Part shown: positions 10,577 through 24,025 of the stretch, piece after piece
Numbering within the stretch: position 1 is the first letter of the stretch
How the letters are laid out: every line of letters begins with the position of its first letter
Assembly: GCF_006345805.1 (NCBI RefSeq)
Contig: NC_042998.1
Location: 39,866,001 to 39,930,000 of the forward strand
Direction of reading: 5' to 3'
From: Octopus sinensis
Lineage: Eukaryota
Length of the DNA stretch: 64,000 nt
Made by a program: the position numbers and the translations under genes
Notes under the pieces: generated by a model
Database searches by the model: none
What the model saw: only the letters and a program-made list of their open reading frames with translations
Told to the model about the DNA's origin: nothing

Positions 10577-13500
10577 CAGCACATCAGCAACAACATCAAC
10601 AGCAAAAACAGCAGCAGCATCAAGAGCAGTGTGCGGAAACAACAGCAGCTGCAACACTAAAATCAGCAGTAACAACGCAACAACAATAAAAACAACACCA
10701 ACAGTGAAAGCAACAGCAACAAAAACAACAAAAGAAACCATACCCTCCAGGGCCACCATATCACCAACAGCAACACCAGCTGAAAGACCCCGAGCAATAA
10801 AAACAAAACAAAAAGACAACGACACCTCAGGATAGGCTTCTCCTCGCTTCCCACTCAGACATGTCGCATGGCAAACAAAACAACGGAGAAAGCAAACGGC
10901 AAAAAATAGCTCTTCCAGTTCAGAAAGTTAATTCAGAAATCTAGTGAAGAAACAAAATTGATACTACCCCCTGAAACCATACAAGCCATTCGTGAAAAGA
11001 CAGTAATTTACAAAGTCTATAATATAAAAGAAAAAAAAATAGCGGACGTAAAAAAGGAAATAGTTGAACGGTGTATGGCACCAATATGGAAAAAGGTTCG
11101 CTACGTTAGTCGAGGAGTGAGAAGCGCTACGATAGAAGCTCATTTCGAGTCAGCTAGCGTAGCGAAAGAAATTTCAACACAAACATTAAAGAATGAACAA
11201 ATTATGCTGCTGCCCACTTACTTAGGCCGCAGAACGGCAAAGGTGACGGTCGAAGATATACCCGTGAGTTACGAAGTAATGTGGGTGGTAGCAGCACTTA
11301 ATTTCGACGTGGGGGAAAATTATCAATATTGAGCATGAAGAAGAAAGAGGCTACGAATTGGAAGGGCCAAGGACTTGAACTGATAGTACAAGCTGACAAT
11401 TCAACGCTAGAAAGTTTGCGAGATAGAGTCTTCGTGGGGGAGGGGCATACTATACGTGTATCGGTGGAGGGACGTAGGCCCAGGTGTTTCAAGTGCGGAC
11501 AGAAGGGCCACGTTCGCTCCGAATGCACGAAGAAAAAACGGTTAACGCCCCTCCTCAAAACGCTGTGAAAAACACAGAGAACAACAAGCCAGGCAACTCA
11601 GCAACAACAAAAGAAAACACGGGAAAAAAACAAACCGAATATCAAAAGGAGGAAAAGTAACAGCATGAAAAGCGAAACGAAGAAGAAAAGGAGGAAAAAA
11701 AATCAAACAGAGGAAAAAGAACAAGAAGAAATGGAGTACACGACTGTAACAAACAAAAGAAAAAATCTAACAACCCGGACTCCCCACCCAAACAAAAATG
11801 AAAATTAATAATGTAGACGAACAACACAAAAAAATTCTCCAATCCCACCCCGCTGGTACTACGTTTGTAGGACAGCTTTTCAATAAGCCCCACCCCCAAT
11901 GCTAAAAGGTGTTTTAAAAAAACTGACAAAATTGTTTCTTTTAATGTGAAAAATGAAAAGGTGCTACGCTTCATTAAAGCAAACAATCGTATAAAAATTT
12001 TTAAAGTGACTGACAAAGAGTCTGACACTCATTTCTCCTAGCCGAGGAGGAGGTGCAGGTATGACAGTCCTTATCAGGAAGAACTTGGACTTACAGATAA
12101 GTACTGTCTTTCTGGACCCAGAAGGTATGCTGGTCGTCCTGGATGTGACTCATGTGAGTAAGCAGTCCTTCAGGTTGGTAGCTGCCTATGCCCCTAAGGA
12201 GCGTAGGCAGTCGGGTTTTTACCGGGACCTGGAGCACTTTCTAGTGACGTCTAAAACGTTAGTTTTGGTAGGGGACTTCAATACTATCCTCAATGCACGG
12301 GTCGATAGTGTGGGCTCAACTGATAGGAAAGGGAATCCTTGCCCCAAGGGTCTACTAGAGAGCTATAATCTAGTAGACCGTTACCGACTGGATGAGCCGA
12401 GCGTTCTACAGTGGACGTGGAGTAACAACGACGGCTCACGCAGATCGTACCTAGATAGGGTATTTATTAAGGAAAGAGATAAGAATAGCGTTAGTTGTCC
12501 ACAATTTTGTATTGTGCCTTACACAGATCACAAACTTGTGTGAGGTACATGTAGATAAATGTCATAGACAGGGACCCAGGTATTGGAAAATGAACAAATC
12601 TATTTTGACTTGTAAAGCTTTCCGTACCCGGATTAAGGTATAAGTTCAGAGGGCATTATGTGGCACCATCATTAACAATAGATGGTGACAGGCCCCCAAA
12701 AGAGTCATCCGTTTGGAGTCCATTAGATTTAGCAAACAGATAAGTTTAGATAGGACTAGAATAGAGGGCGATTTAGTTAAGAATTTAGACGAAGCAATGT
12801 AATCTTGTTCTGCATCTAGAGTGTTGGCAGCGATAACAGTCTTATACCGTCACATCAACGCTAAACATGAAGGTTGCAGAGTCAGAGCTAAGCTACGTGC
12901 AGGGAAGCGAGAAGGTATTAATGTTGCCGGACGGACACGTCGTGCGGAGAGTCAGCGAGGTAAAAAGTCCTCTATAAATTCTTTAACGGACGAACAGGAA
13001 CGCAAGATCTATGGACAGGAGGAGATGCAGAAAGTCTTTCACCAGCATTTCGCTCGGTTGTTCGGGGAGATACTGGCAGGTGTCTATGCAAACTGGCAAC
13101 AGAACGGGAGGATTCCCAGTTCTGTGAGCCGAGGAGTTGTGACGCTGGTCCAGAAAGACCCGAGCAAGGGGGATAGTATCTGTAATTATAGGCCCATAAC
13201 TCTACTTAATGTAGAGTTAAAGATTTTGGCCAAGGTGTTAGCAAAAAGGTTGACGGCTGTCGTGGAGAAACTTGTCTAGAAGGCACAGACATCTGCAATC
13301 CCAGACAGGTCGATCCAGGATAATCTTCACCTTCTCCGCTACACCTTAGATAGGGTTGGGAAATTAGGTGGCAAAGGAGGGCATTGGTCCATTTAGACCA
13401 AAGTAAAGCGTTCGATAGGGTAGACCATCAGTACCTTTGGGTGGTCCTCGAAGCGGCTGGGCCCTGGCTTTCACGGGTGGATCTCCGCTATGTACAGTGG

Positions 13501-15290
13501 CATCAAGTCCACAGTCCAGATAAACGGCTGCCTAACGGAGCCTTTTTCGATCAAGCGTTCTGTTCGTCAAGGGTGTCTCTTGTCTCCGCTTCTGTACGTT
13601 TTGGCTCTCGAGCCATTACTGCGGAAGTTGGAGAAGTTAGGAGGCAACCCAAATGAAATCGGATGCGGTAGGTCTGTTTCTGCTTATGCGGATGACGTTA
13701 CCCTCATCGTGTCCAACGAAACACAGCTACCTCGTGTAGAAGATGCTCTCCGAGGATACGAAGCGGTGGCATGGGCAAAAGTTAACTAGGACAAGTCCAT
13801 CGGTTTGCGCCTCGGCACCTGGAAGAAGAAGCCGATATCGTCCAGTGTCGTTGGACACTGGACAGATGGTCCTGTTAAGTTGCTTGGAGTTTAGTTTGGC
13901 CCGGACTCCCAGACGGAGAAGAATTGGAGCGAGGTAGTGGACAAGGTGGAGGCCATAGTACGGAAGTGGTCCAGATGGCCTCTGTCCTTGAAGGGCAGGG
14001 CAGAAGTGGTGCAAGTGTTTATAGCATCTGTAATCACCTACCGCCTGTCCGTTGTGCCTTGTCCCGATTTGTGACTAAACAATTTGGAAAGACTCCTCTT
14101 CCGCTTTTTGTGGAAGGGAGGAAAACCACTTGTGAGGCGCTCCGTTTGCTGCCAGGAACCGTTAAAGGGTGGACTGGGAATGCCCTGGCTGATGATGCGC
14201 AGACATGCGTTGAGGCTGAGACATCTCTGGTGCCACCTGGAGGGTGATAAGGTGTGCAGTCTGCTGGCGGAGGAGTTCTTGCCGCGACCGGCCTTTTTGG
14301 AGCGATTTAAACCCGGTTTCATTAAAAGACGGAACCTGACTTTATGGCAGAAGGAGTGCTGTCAGGCACTCTGGCTGATCCACAAGACGGGCAAGGCCGG
14401 CAGCGGGAATACCACCTCGGTGTTCTATAGAGAGCTGGTAGAGGCAAAAAACGATGACGTCCTAGGAGGGGCTCAGGGGTTCGATGAGAACCAATTTACC
14501 AACCTGTTCAAAAAAGCTTTCAGGCCGGGGTACTTGGATAACTTCCAAAAATTCCTGACCTGGCAGTGCTACAGGAACGCTTTATCTGTTTGCGATAAGT
14601 TATCCAGGCACAGAATGTCAGTGCCACCGACGTGTCCAAGATGCAGGCTGGACAATGAAACTGTCCAGCACGCTTTAGTAGAATGTCGGGAGCTATCTAG
14701 CTTGATAAGTTACGTTGAACATGTGCTGTCGCATCTGGGACGAGTACAGCTGTTGGCTGGATCTATAATAAAGATGATACCGCCAACTGGACTCTGAAAG
14801 AAAGGTAAGGCATGTTTTTACTGTACGGTTGCAGTACTGAAAGAGTGTGTTTGGAGGACTAGAATGGAAGGTTCTGTGACAGGGTCCTTCATCTCTGGCC
14901 CCGGTTTGCTGTCTTACTTCAGATACCATTTGAAGAGCAAGATGAGGTTGGAGAGGAAGACCCTGCCACCGAGTGAATACGAGAAACGATGGAAGAATGT
15001 GATGAGAAAGGTAGGTGTCAGTAACCCAGCTTCATCATTGATGAAAGGAAAAGATAGTTGCTGGGCTTTATAGGCTGCCGGGTTCGATCTTTTGAACTTT
15101 TATTCGTTTTCTTTCTTTGTTTTCGTTTTTTTTTGTTTTTAAAGTTATTGTTAAAGGTAAAAATTAATCGTCAAGTAAAATATTTTTAAAGTAAATTCTT
15201 AATGCTCATTCGAACTCATATAACATTTTTGTATTTGTTTGTCTTGTAATGTCCTTGTCTATGTACGATCAGTTTGATCATAATAAAGAT
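10577..15290 (+). mobile_element. Near full-length, inactivated Tx1-clade (L1 group) non-LTR retrotransposon
   Basis: ORF1 has the zinc knuckle CFKCGQKGHVRSEC. ORF2 pieces include APE (YAP, LVGDFN, SYLDRVF, TDH), RT (NYRPITLLN, LDQSKAFDRVDH, RQGCLLSP, YADDV) and a C-terminal CPRC...ETVQHALVEC. A T-rich 3' UTR carries AATAAA at 15282. Many stops and frameshifts; the 5' boundary is uncertain. Confidence 0.9.
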
Positions 15291-15728
15291 TTTAACAGAT
15301 TACGCGCCATTTTAAACAAGTGTTTGCATCGAAATGCGTTATACACACTTCCATGAAGACAACCTTTATCATTAAGGTATTTTATACAGTAAATATATAT
15401 TCTATACATGTTTCTTTCAGTTAATGTGATTGTTAAATTCAACGAACTGATAGAAAATTTATTATTTTGTTTCTAAAGTTATTGCTTTAGTACCAGCTCT
15501 ACTCACAAGCGAAGTTATTTTACTGACAAATTAGTTTTAAAATTCATAGTAAATATTTCCTATAGTAATAACATTTAAGTAAACATATTTGCCTTGTCAG
15601 GATAATAGCTGTCATTATTGACTGTCATACCTCGTTATCTACCCGAAACGAAAATAAGTGAAAATCAAACATCAAGATCTCCGGGTAATTTTTCAGAGTT
15701 AATCTGAAAATTTACCTAGATATATATA

Positions 15729-15945
15729 TAAAGTTAATCCAAACATGAAAACACAAAGAGAAAACACAACAACGCGAGGACGTGGAACAAGTATAGTGTT
15801 ATTGGACGCACAGGAAAGGAAAGAAAGAAGGAGGATTTAACGTTTCGAGCGGAGCTCTTAGTCTGAAACATAGAAAAAGGAAAGATCCAAGGAAGGGAAG
15901 ACGGAGGAAAAAATCGCTAACGATACACACGCGGTCACATTTTGA
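15729..15945 (-). mobile_element. Penelope-like pseudo-LTR remnant with a degenerate minimal hammerhead
   Basis: The minus strand reads tttCAGACTAa-gagc-tcc-gctc-GAAAC-GTT, two changes from CTGACGA. Its 3' end abuts (TA)n, and a second partial copy lies at ~48535-48648. Confidence 0.55.
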
Positions 15946-16330
15946 ATGTATATATATACATACACACACGACGGGCTTCTACACAGTTTCTAACAACCAA
16001 ATCTACTCACAATGCATTGGTCATCCTGGGGCTATAATAGAAGATACTTGTGCAAGGCGCCACACAGTGCGATTGAACCCCGAAACCACGTGGTTGCAAA
16101 GTGAACTTCTTAACCACACAACCGTGTCTGCAAATTGTTTACCAAAGTAACTTATGGAGAAACAGGAAAAACAAATAATGATGATCTTTGTTCAACCTGT
16201 CACTTTCTCCTTGAAGCTAGTATCAGTTTGGCAGGCACGGGAGTTATTTTTCCTTTCATTTTTTCTTTTCCGAAGTTAGAACCAGCTTATCATCGAAGAT
16301 ATTTTTAGTGTAATGAAAAATATTTTGTAT

Positions 16331-17776
16331 TAATAATAATAATGAAATTATTGTATACAGTGCTCAGGTGCACCACAACTTGTCAAAAGTGCGTATAAAG
16401 TATATGCAGTAATGTACAAATGTCTGGAAAGTGAACAGTGTATGAGTCAGATACATGCTTACGTGTGTATGGAGGGGAGAAAAATCAGGTGTAGTGTTGG
16501 CGAATCTCAGGAAGCATGGTAGTTTTGAAGGATGCAGTGCTCCGACAACTAACAACTGATGCCGGCAGTTTGTTCCATGCTTCAGCAACTCTTAGCGTGA
16601 AAAAATGTTTCCGAAAGTCATGGGAGCTGTGCTGTTTTCTGACTTTGTAAACATGTCCACGGATGTTAGACAGGTGGAGTTTGAAAAGGTGCTCAGAGTA
16701 ATTGTTTGTAAGATGGTTAATAATTTTATGGGTGTCTGCCAAGTCAGCTGCCAGACGCCGGAGTTTCAACGTATCCATGCCCAGGGAAGTAAGGCGTTCA
16801 GAATATGGCAAATGCCTGATGGAGGGTATTCTCTTGGTTGCACGTCGCTGAATGGCTTCCAGACGATTGATATCCTGGGCAAGATAGGGGTTCCAGACCG
16901 GTGATGCAAATTTCAGGTGAGGTCGTACCATAGCTATATAAAGCCGCAGATAGATAGCCGGAGAGCGGCTCACAAAGGACTTGGTGAGTGATGCCAAGAC
17001 ACCCTCAGCCTTCTTGGCAATTTTAGCGATGTGTTTTGTCCAACGCAAATCGCTGTCGACAATAACACCCAGGTCACGTTCACAAGAAGACCTTTTGAGA
17101 TTAGTGTTGTGGAGGGAGTAAGTAGACGCTGGGTTTTTCCTCCCAAAATGCATGGTGGTACATTTGTCCACAGCCAGCTTGAATTGCCAGTCCATGATCC
17201 ACTGCTGCATTGTGTCCAGGTCTGCTTGCAATAGAGATCTATAGTGTACAGGATCTGACCTCTTTATTTCGAGGTACAGCTTGATGTCATCTGCATATTT
17301 CAGCACTGTGGCATTCTTTAAGTTGGCATTTATGTCATTAACATATGCAACAAAGAAAAGGGGGCCAAGAACAGATCCCTGTGGTATACCAGATGTCATC
17401 TCATAGGGTGAAGAGTGCTGTCCTAGAACTGTGACAACCTCTTTTCGGCCGATAATAAAGGACTTCAACCAGTTATAGAGATCGCAAATTCCAAAATTCC
17501 ACCCATTGCAGAGAGTTTCACCATAAGTCTTTTGTGTGACACAGAATTAAAAGCCTTAGCAAAGTCCATGTAAACAGCATCCACTCAGGATCCACGATTC
17601 GGGTAATGTCCTCAAGAAACTCGATGAGTTGCTTACAGCAGCTGGAGTTAGGAATAAAACCAAATTGTGACGGCTGGATGAGGTTGTGAGACTTTCAGAA
17701 GTTCCAGAGGGTTTCTCTGATACAGGATTCCATCAGTTTGGCGATGCAGCTAGTAAGACTAACGGGGCAATAGTTG
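16331..17776 (-). mobile_element. 5'-truncated CR1-clade LINE (RT domain, 3' UTR, (TAT)n tail)
   Basis: ORF 16485-17468 contains GIPQGSVLGPLFF, KYADDIKLY, ERDLGV, VRPHL..ASPVWNP and FFTLRVAEAWNKLP. Upstream are frameshifted NYCPVSLTSCIAKLMES and DFAKAF. Confidence 0.9.
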
Positions 17777-18014
17777 ATATTGTTGTTAATTATTCTTGTA
17801 TATGAACTCATAAAATATTACCAATTAAATAATTCGCATTATTTTAACTGTCAAAGAGTTGAAGTAACGCTTTCAAATTTTCGCACAAAAATAGCAACTT
17901 GACAAGGAGGGGTTTAGTGGTTTACATCGACTTCAGTACCTGACTTATAATTTATTTTATGGACTCCGAAAGAATGGAAGCAAAGCTGACCTCGCTGGAA
18001 TTGAGTTAAAATAA

Positions 18015-18185
18015 CTGTTTCTTTATTACCCACAAAGGGCTAAACATAGAGGGGACAAACAAGGACAGACAAACGGATTAAGTCGATTACATCGACCCCA
18101 GTGCGTAACTGGTACTTAATTTATGACCCCGAAAGGATGAAAGGCAAAGTCGACCTCGGCGGAATTTGAACTCAGAACGTAGCGT
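18015..18185 (-). mobile_element. tRNA-derived SINE fragment (family with the gcctttcatcctttcggggtcgataaa central domain)
   Basis: Near-identical to the copies at 32459-32875. Confidence 0.8.
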
Positions 18186-19136
18186 CGTGTCTATGCAGTC
18201 GCTTAACTCTCTAAAAATCGTAGCCAAATCTCTTATAATAATTACACCCTTTCGTCTTGGTGAACTACGACAAAAAAAATGCACAAAGAAATTAGTAATA
18301 ACAAAGTCTTAATTGTCGGTATGAATAATAACAAAAAAGTCTGAAATGTCTATATGACAATCAAGTTGCCTGCAGCATAGCATAAAATAATTCTTCCACA
18401 GACGTCAGAAAACTGATATTAGCTAAAAGTTTGACAAAGTGAAAGTGGCACATTAAGCCCGAAGATCATCAAAATAATTAATTGCCCTTTGAGGCATCCA
18501 TACATGGAAGACAAACCCATTTAAAATAATAGAAACCTGTAAAGTAGTTTGGATTTTTTTTTCTTCACTTAAAAAAAAAAAACACTTTCTGAAAGTTGTG
18601 TTTCTTGTTTTATGCTATCATTGATAAATAGTAAGCAATTTATACAATTTTAATAAATAATAATTATAAACTTATTTCGAAGCGATTTATAACGGTAAAG
18701 TTGTTTTGTTTCTGTTCAGAAGAAACGTGTTAGCCACATCACCATTCTCTTAATTTGTGGCTATAAACAGTTTTTAAAATATGATGGTGTTCTATTTAAA
18801 GGAAATATCCCTAAACTTGATATATTTTAATATGCTTTTGAAAAATAATAATGCAATTAACTTAAAATTAAAAGAGAAATGCAATAAAACGAGTTATCAA
18901 GACTATCAGAAATGAGATTGTGCTGTCGTAAAAAGTCAACAAAACTGCAGATGATGTGAATATAAGATATACTATTGAATTTATATGTGTGTGTGTGTGT
19001 ATATATATTATCTTACTTAGGTGCATATATTTCCACATTAATTCAAATATTTATTTAATTTGTTTTTATATGTTAAATTTATTTGCTGTCGTCTACCGGT
19101 GTTGTTGCGTTAGTTATCTCCTCCTATGCCAGAAAC

Positions 19137-20009
19137 ATGGAGCCCGTCTTGTTTGCTCTACACGCCTGGCAAGCTGTTTTACTTTGCTTGCTTTTTGCTG
19201 TTATTTATGTTGGCAGTCTGTATGCTTGGATTAACAATACCAACAGAACTCGAGATCACCCTGAAATTATCAAACGAAGATTTGTCAGTGTCGGTATAGT
19301 TGCATTAATTGTACCACCTCTTTTGTGGTGCTTCAGCAAGTACCAAACTTCCACCAATCCTGATGGCCGCACTTTATTTGAATGGCTAGGGCTACGTTTC
19401 TGGGGATTTATACCTGCATTTGTACTCCCCCTACTACTTACTATGGTCTTGTTCTCTGGTCCACTTTATTTACATTACATTGATGGTGTATTTAGCTTGT
19501 ATTTGGAACCGAAATATTGGTCAAGTAGTTTTAAGTCACTAATCTGGCTCCGGAATCATTTAGTGGCTCCATTTTCGGAAGAATTCATATTCCGGGCTTG
19601 TATGTTACCGGTTTTGGTTCCGTCTTTTGGAGAATGGTATGCCGTTTTCTGTTGTCCACTCTTCTTCGGGGTCGCTCACTTTCACCACATGATCGAAACG
19701 GTTATATTCGGACACCAAGCAGTTAAAGATGCCTTGAAGCAGTCTATTTTCCAATTGTTCTATACCACTATATTTGGAGCCTACTCAGCATTCCTCTTTC
19801 TACGAACTGGTCACTTAGTGGCGCCTGTCATTGCACACGCATTTTGCAACCACATGGGATTTCCACCTTTCAACGAAGTAATGGCTCATCAACAACCTGG
19901 ACGAACCAAAATCATTTTCTTCTTTATTGCTGGACTTTCTGCTTGGTTGATTCTTCTTTATCCTCTCACCGACCCAAGTTTTTATTCCAACGTAGTATAT
20001 AATCTATAA
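19137..20009 (+). CDS. RCE1: CAAX prenyl protease 2 (Ras-converting enzyme 1), single coding exon, 290 aa
   Basis: First ATG at 19137 within the 308-aa ORF. Motifs RDHPEIIKRRF, WLRNHLVAPFSEEFIFRACM (catalytic EE), FFGVAHFHH and HAFCNHMGFP, plus multiple TM segments. Confidence 0.95.
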   Translation: MEPVLFALHAWQAVLLCLLFAVIYVGSLYAWINNTNRTRDHPEIIKRRFVSVGIVALIVPPLLWCFSKYQTSTNPDGRTLFEWLGLRFWGFIPAFVLPLLLTMVLFSGPLYLHYIDGVFSLYLEPKYWSSSFKSLIWLRNHLVAPFSEEFIFRACMLPVLVPSFGEWYAVFCCPLFFGVAHFHHMIETVIFGHQAVKDALKQSIFQLFYTTIFGAYSAFLFLRTGHLVAPVIAHAFCNHMGFPPFNEVMAHQQPGRTKIIFFFIAGLSAWLILLYPLTDPSFYSNVVYNL

Positions 20010-23000
20010 AACAGTTCAAATCTTGGCGAAAGTACTGAATTACTACTATATTCACACACAATTACATTCACAAAGAGACAGAAATATCCTAAATCATGAA
20101 TTGCCTTAAAATGTAATTATGAAAGAAAAATATTTTTATTACATTTTTTTTATATTTTTCCCCTTCCCTCCATCCCAAATTCATACAGACCCTTATGGAA
20201 TTAAGTCGACTTTTAACATAATGGATTTCGACTTAAAACAAAGGTATTGACCATTTTCAAATTTCTGGTTAGTAATTTCTCTACTGCTACATTCAATCAT
20301 ATTACATGAACTCTACCATTACATCTTTTTCTCTTAATCATTTTTTTCTCATTCCTTATTTCAACTGCTAAACAAAATTCAAATTCCTTAAATCTATCTG
20401 TTCGTCGTTCGAAGTTCTCCTTCAAATTTTTCGTTGATTCAATGACCTGTTATCCCTTAATGTGACACGAAGGCGGTACAGAACCAGTTCACTGCTGTTT
20501 GGGAGGCAATACCTGTCACTATTAAAATTGGTTTTCTCCTCGAAATCTTGCCTGTCTCTATTGAAGGACAAACAAAAAACAAGACAGTAAAAGTTCATAT
20601 TTTCTCTTTCACCAGTTGTAACTTAAGCTTTTAATTTTCTTTTTTTTTTCTTTTGTTTATTCTGTGATCGTCATTATGACTAAGATTTGTAAATATTAGA
20701 ATCGACGCCTTCTATTTTATTTATTTTATTTTTACCCTCTTGAAAAGTTCCTTGGGAAAGAGAGAAAAAAAAAAGAACAAATGAAATTCTTGTATTTAGT
20801 TGGAATTTTAGAATCAACGAAACTGTCTAACTTGGGATTTTCATCTACAGAGCTTAAAAAGTTGTTTTCTTTTTTTAAAAAAAAAATCCAAAACTTTCAT
20901 GACTAGTGCCTTAACTATACGAAAACTGATTCGTGTTTGACTGGAAAGAAGTTCGGTTACGATAACTGATCCATATTAAATGGAAGAGCTGATGTTAGTT
21001 ACTCTTGAACTGATCTTTAACATGTAGACCGACCAATCCCTTTAAATATATCCTTTATATTTCCTGTGAAATATAAATTATTAATATTAAATAAATGGCA
21101 AAAAAAATGACGAAATCCCTTTACTTGGCTTAATAAATTATTCAAAGTGTCATTTCGATTTTTATTTGAATTTATATATTGTTTTTTCTAAATCATTTAT
21201 GAAACCGCCCCAACGTTGTTCTATCCTTTAGCTTAAAAAGTAGCGAACAGGAAATAACTTGAGATATTGTCATAATCAGATAAAAAAAAAAGACTTGAAA
21301 GTAACATGCTCTCATTTCAAATTCGTATTCAATTCGTGGACGTGTATGAAATCAATAGTCAGATTTTTTTTTAGAAGTATGTTAATATGAAAAGAATGAG
21401 TTACAATCGTGAAAAATGGTATCGTGAAGAACGTTAGAGTGCCACGAAAAGTATATATTTTATATTTAGGTTGGGCCTGTTGTGAGAGATGACCAATTAT
21501 ATTCGAGCCTGTATGCGGTTTTCTACCTTCTAGAAATAGCAGCCAAATCTCAGATACAACCTATTGTCTAAAGAAAAGAGAAGAAAACGTATAATGTAGT
21601 CTTAGATACACTGTCTGAAAATACAATGGAATGGTCACGGTCAAAATTCCTCTCATATTCTGTTCTATCAGTGCCGTCCTATAATTAATGATCATCGAAC
21701 ATTAGTTTGATAAGAGTTGGGCTTGTTCCTTCGTAATTTACTACAATGTTTAATAGGATTTTTTTTTAATATTAAGTAAAGTAACCTATTTCGCATGCTT
21801 ATTTGAGTGGATGGTTTTTGTTGGAACAAATAATTTTATGGCTGGATGCCCTTCCGAAATCCCTTTACTTGAGTTAACCACTCAACTAGAAAGTATGGAT
21901 GAAATCTGTTTTTGTTTTTTTTTTTGTTAGATGAACTGGAACCTGCTGGGTGACGATTCGTGATCTGGAGGTCGATAGTTCACCTGCTTTCCTAGACATG
22001 AGCAAATCAGGTTCAACTAGTTAACTTGTTGAACCTACAAAATATTACACCTTGATAAACTAATTAAATATATTTCATGATTGTTTTACGATGGCCCATG
22101 CTGATTATTGCCAAATGCAAAAATAACTTGGAGTGCTTAAGTTATTGGAGTATGTTAAATTTTCCTTTGACAGGCATTATATTCTTTAGAACTGAATGTT
22201 TTTATTATCATTAAAAAGGTTTACATTGATGAAAATTAAAGCCTAAAATCTAAATTATTGCTTCTGTGACTATATCACTGTATCGATCAGACTAGCAGAT
22301 ACACACTGCTTGTCACAATGCACTGCTCGTTACCTTCAAATGATGCCACCCTTGCTGGCTAGGCAGGCAGGCCAACATTATTCTCAGAATGGAATGCCAA
22401 TCCTTCACAGGGTTACCTATTTACAACTGAGCGGGCTGGAACTACGTGAAATAAAGTGCACCCGTGACCTTGCAATTGTGATTGTAACACTCTAACCACC
22501 AGATCGCACACCTTCACTTTGTATGACTATATATCAAATGAAATTCATTGCTTCTATGATTTAATTTTTAAAATCAAGAATTTTTAAGGATTTGGGATTT
22601 AATGAAATAGTTTACTTTTTCATCAAGTTTGAAACATGTTTATGCAAAATTATAAATGAAAGATCTTGTTTTAAATATGAATACTTCACAATAAGAAGTT
22701 TTATATCCCTGAACCAGAGATGGTTTCAGGCAAATTGATATCTAATGTGTTAAAATAACCCATATCTAACCTACACATTAAAAAAATCATGTTAAAATTA
22801 GTATAAAGAAATTAGTTGTGGAAACATTAGATGAAGTGTTTAGTGGTATATGTGGTGGCCCCTGACATTCTAAGTTCAAGTCATATTTGCCTTTTCTCCT
22901 TCTAGGGTCAGCAAAATTTAGTATCAGTCAAAGTAGGTGTGAGAGGCCAGTTTGAACATAAATGTCCGTTTTCCATGTTGACATGGGTTGGATGGTTTGA

Positions 23001-23799
23001 CAAAAGCTGGTAGGCTCCGGTTCCATTGTTTCTATGGCTTGATGCCCTTCTTAATACCAACTACTTTACAGAGTGCATTTGGTGCTTTTTATGTAGCACC
23101 AACACTGGTCTCAATTCTGCTGCAGTGGACAGGTCTAACTAGAAGATTGTTATGAAGTGACACATGGTTGATGTACACTACTGTCAATTAACATGACATT
23201 AAATGATGATGATATAACACCCTACATTATTGCTGATACAATACTCGTACTTTCTTGAAGCAAATCCATTAAAAGGGATTTCTTAAAAAAAGCACTTATG
23301 GAATCAGTAGAATGTCAGATTCATAAACTTTTACTTTGGTTGAAATAGAAAAAGATTCTTTAAGATGCACTGGTTTGAGTAATCAGGACCACTGTTAACC
23401 ACAACTCTGGTCAGGCTCCAAATATAAATGCATGCTAGCAATATATATTTTAAAATTATAAAATAATGAAATTTTTCTTTTTATAAAATTGAACTGGGGG
23501 CCATTGGTACAGTCCATATTTTTGATACCTCTGAGCTATAACCTTGAAGACAGTTTCCCAAATTGCCTTAGTCTAATAACTGAAACCAAGAGTGCAGCAG
23601 CCAATACAACAGCTTGGTGAGACTATAAGTGCACAACAATAGATGCAGCCTTCTATTTCCATATTTTCTGGTTATAAGCCAACTAATCCAATATGGTATT
23701 TGAGTTGTTCTGCATAACAATGCCATGTTTCAACAGGCAGATAAATTGGTAGTACCTATCCTATCAAGGTATGAGAAAGGTATGTGGTATCCAGCAAGA

Positions 23800-24025
23800 T
23801 TAACTCTTTATTTAGCATTCAGATTACTTTCTCAAATGTAATGGTTATTTGTTCACATTGCTTTTTAATTGATTACACATGAGCTCATGTCTTCAAGATT
23901 TTGACAATGTGATTGCTTATTTTTAGAATGACATTGTGGAGTAGGTGTGAGAGGCCAGTTTGAACATAAAACAGGTAGAATATTTGGATCAGATATGACT
24001 TGTTTAAAAACTAAAGTGCTAAAAA
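23800..24025 (+). mobile_element. Diverged copy of the piggyBac-like MITE
   Basis: tttagcattcagattact...gtaggtgtgagaggccagtttgaacataaaacaggtagaatatttgg matches 8068-8553 and 63186-63401. Confidence 0.65.

Noticed and set aside
10430-10825. Hydrophobic 131-aa minus ORF resembling a membrane protein
   Set aside because: Antisense of the CAA/ACA-rich 5' region of the Tx1 element.
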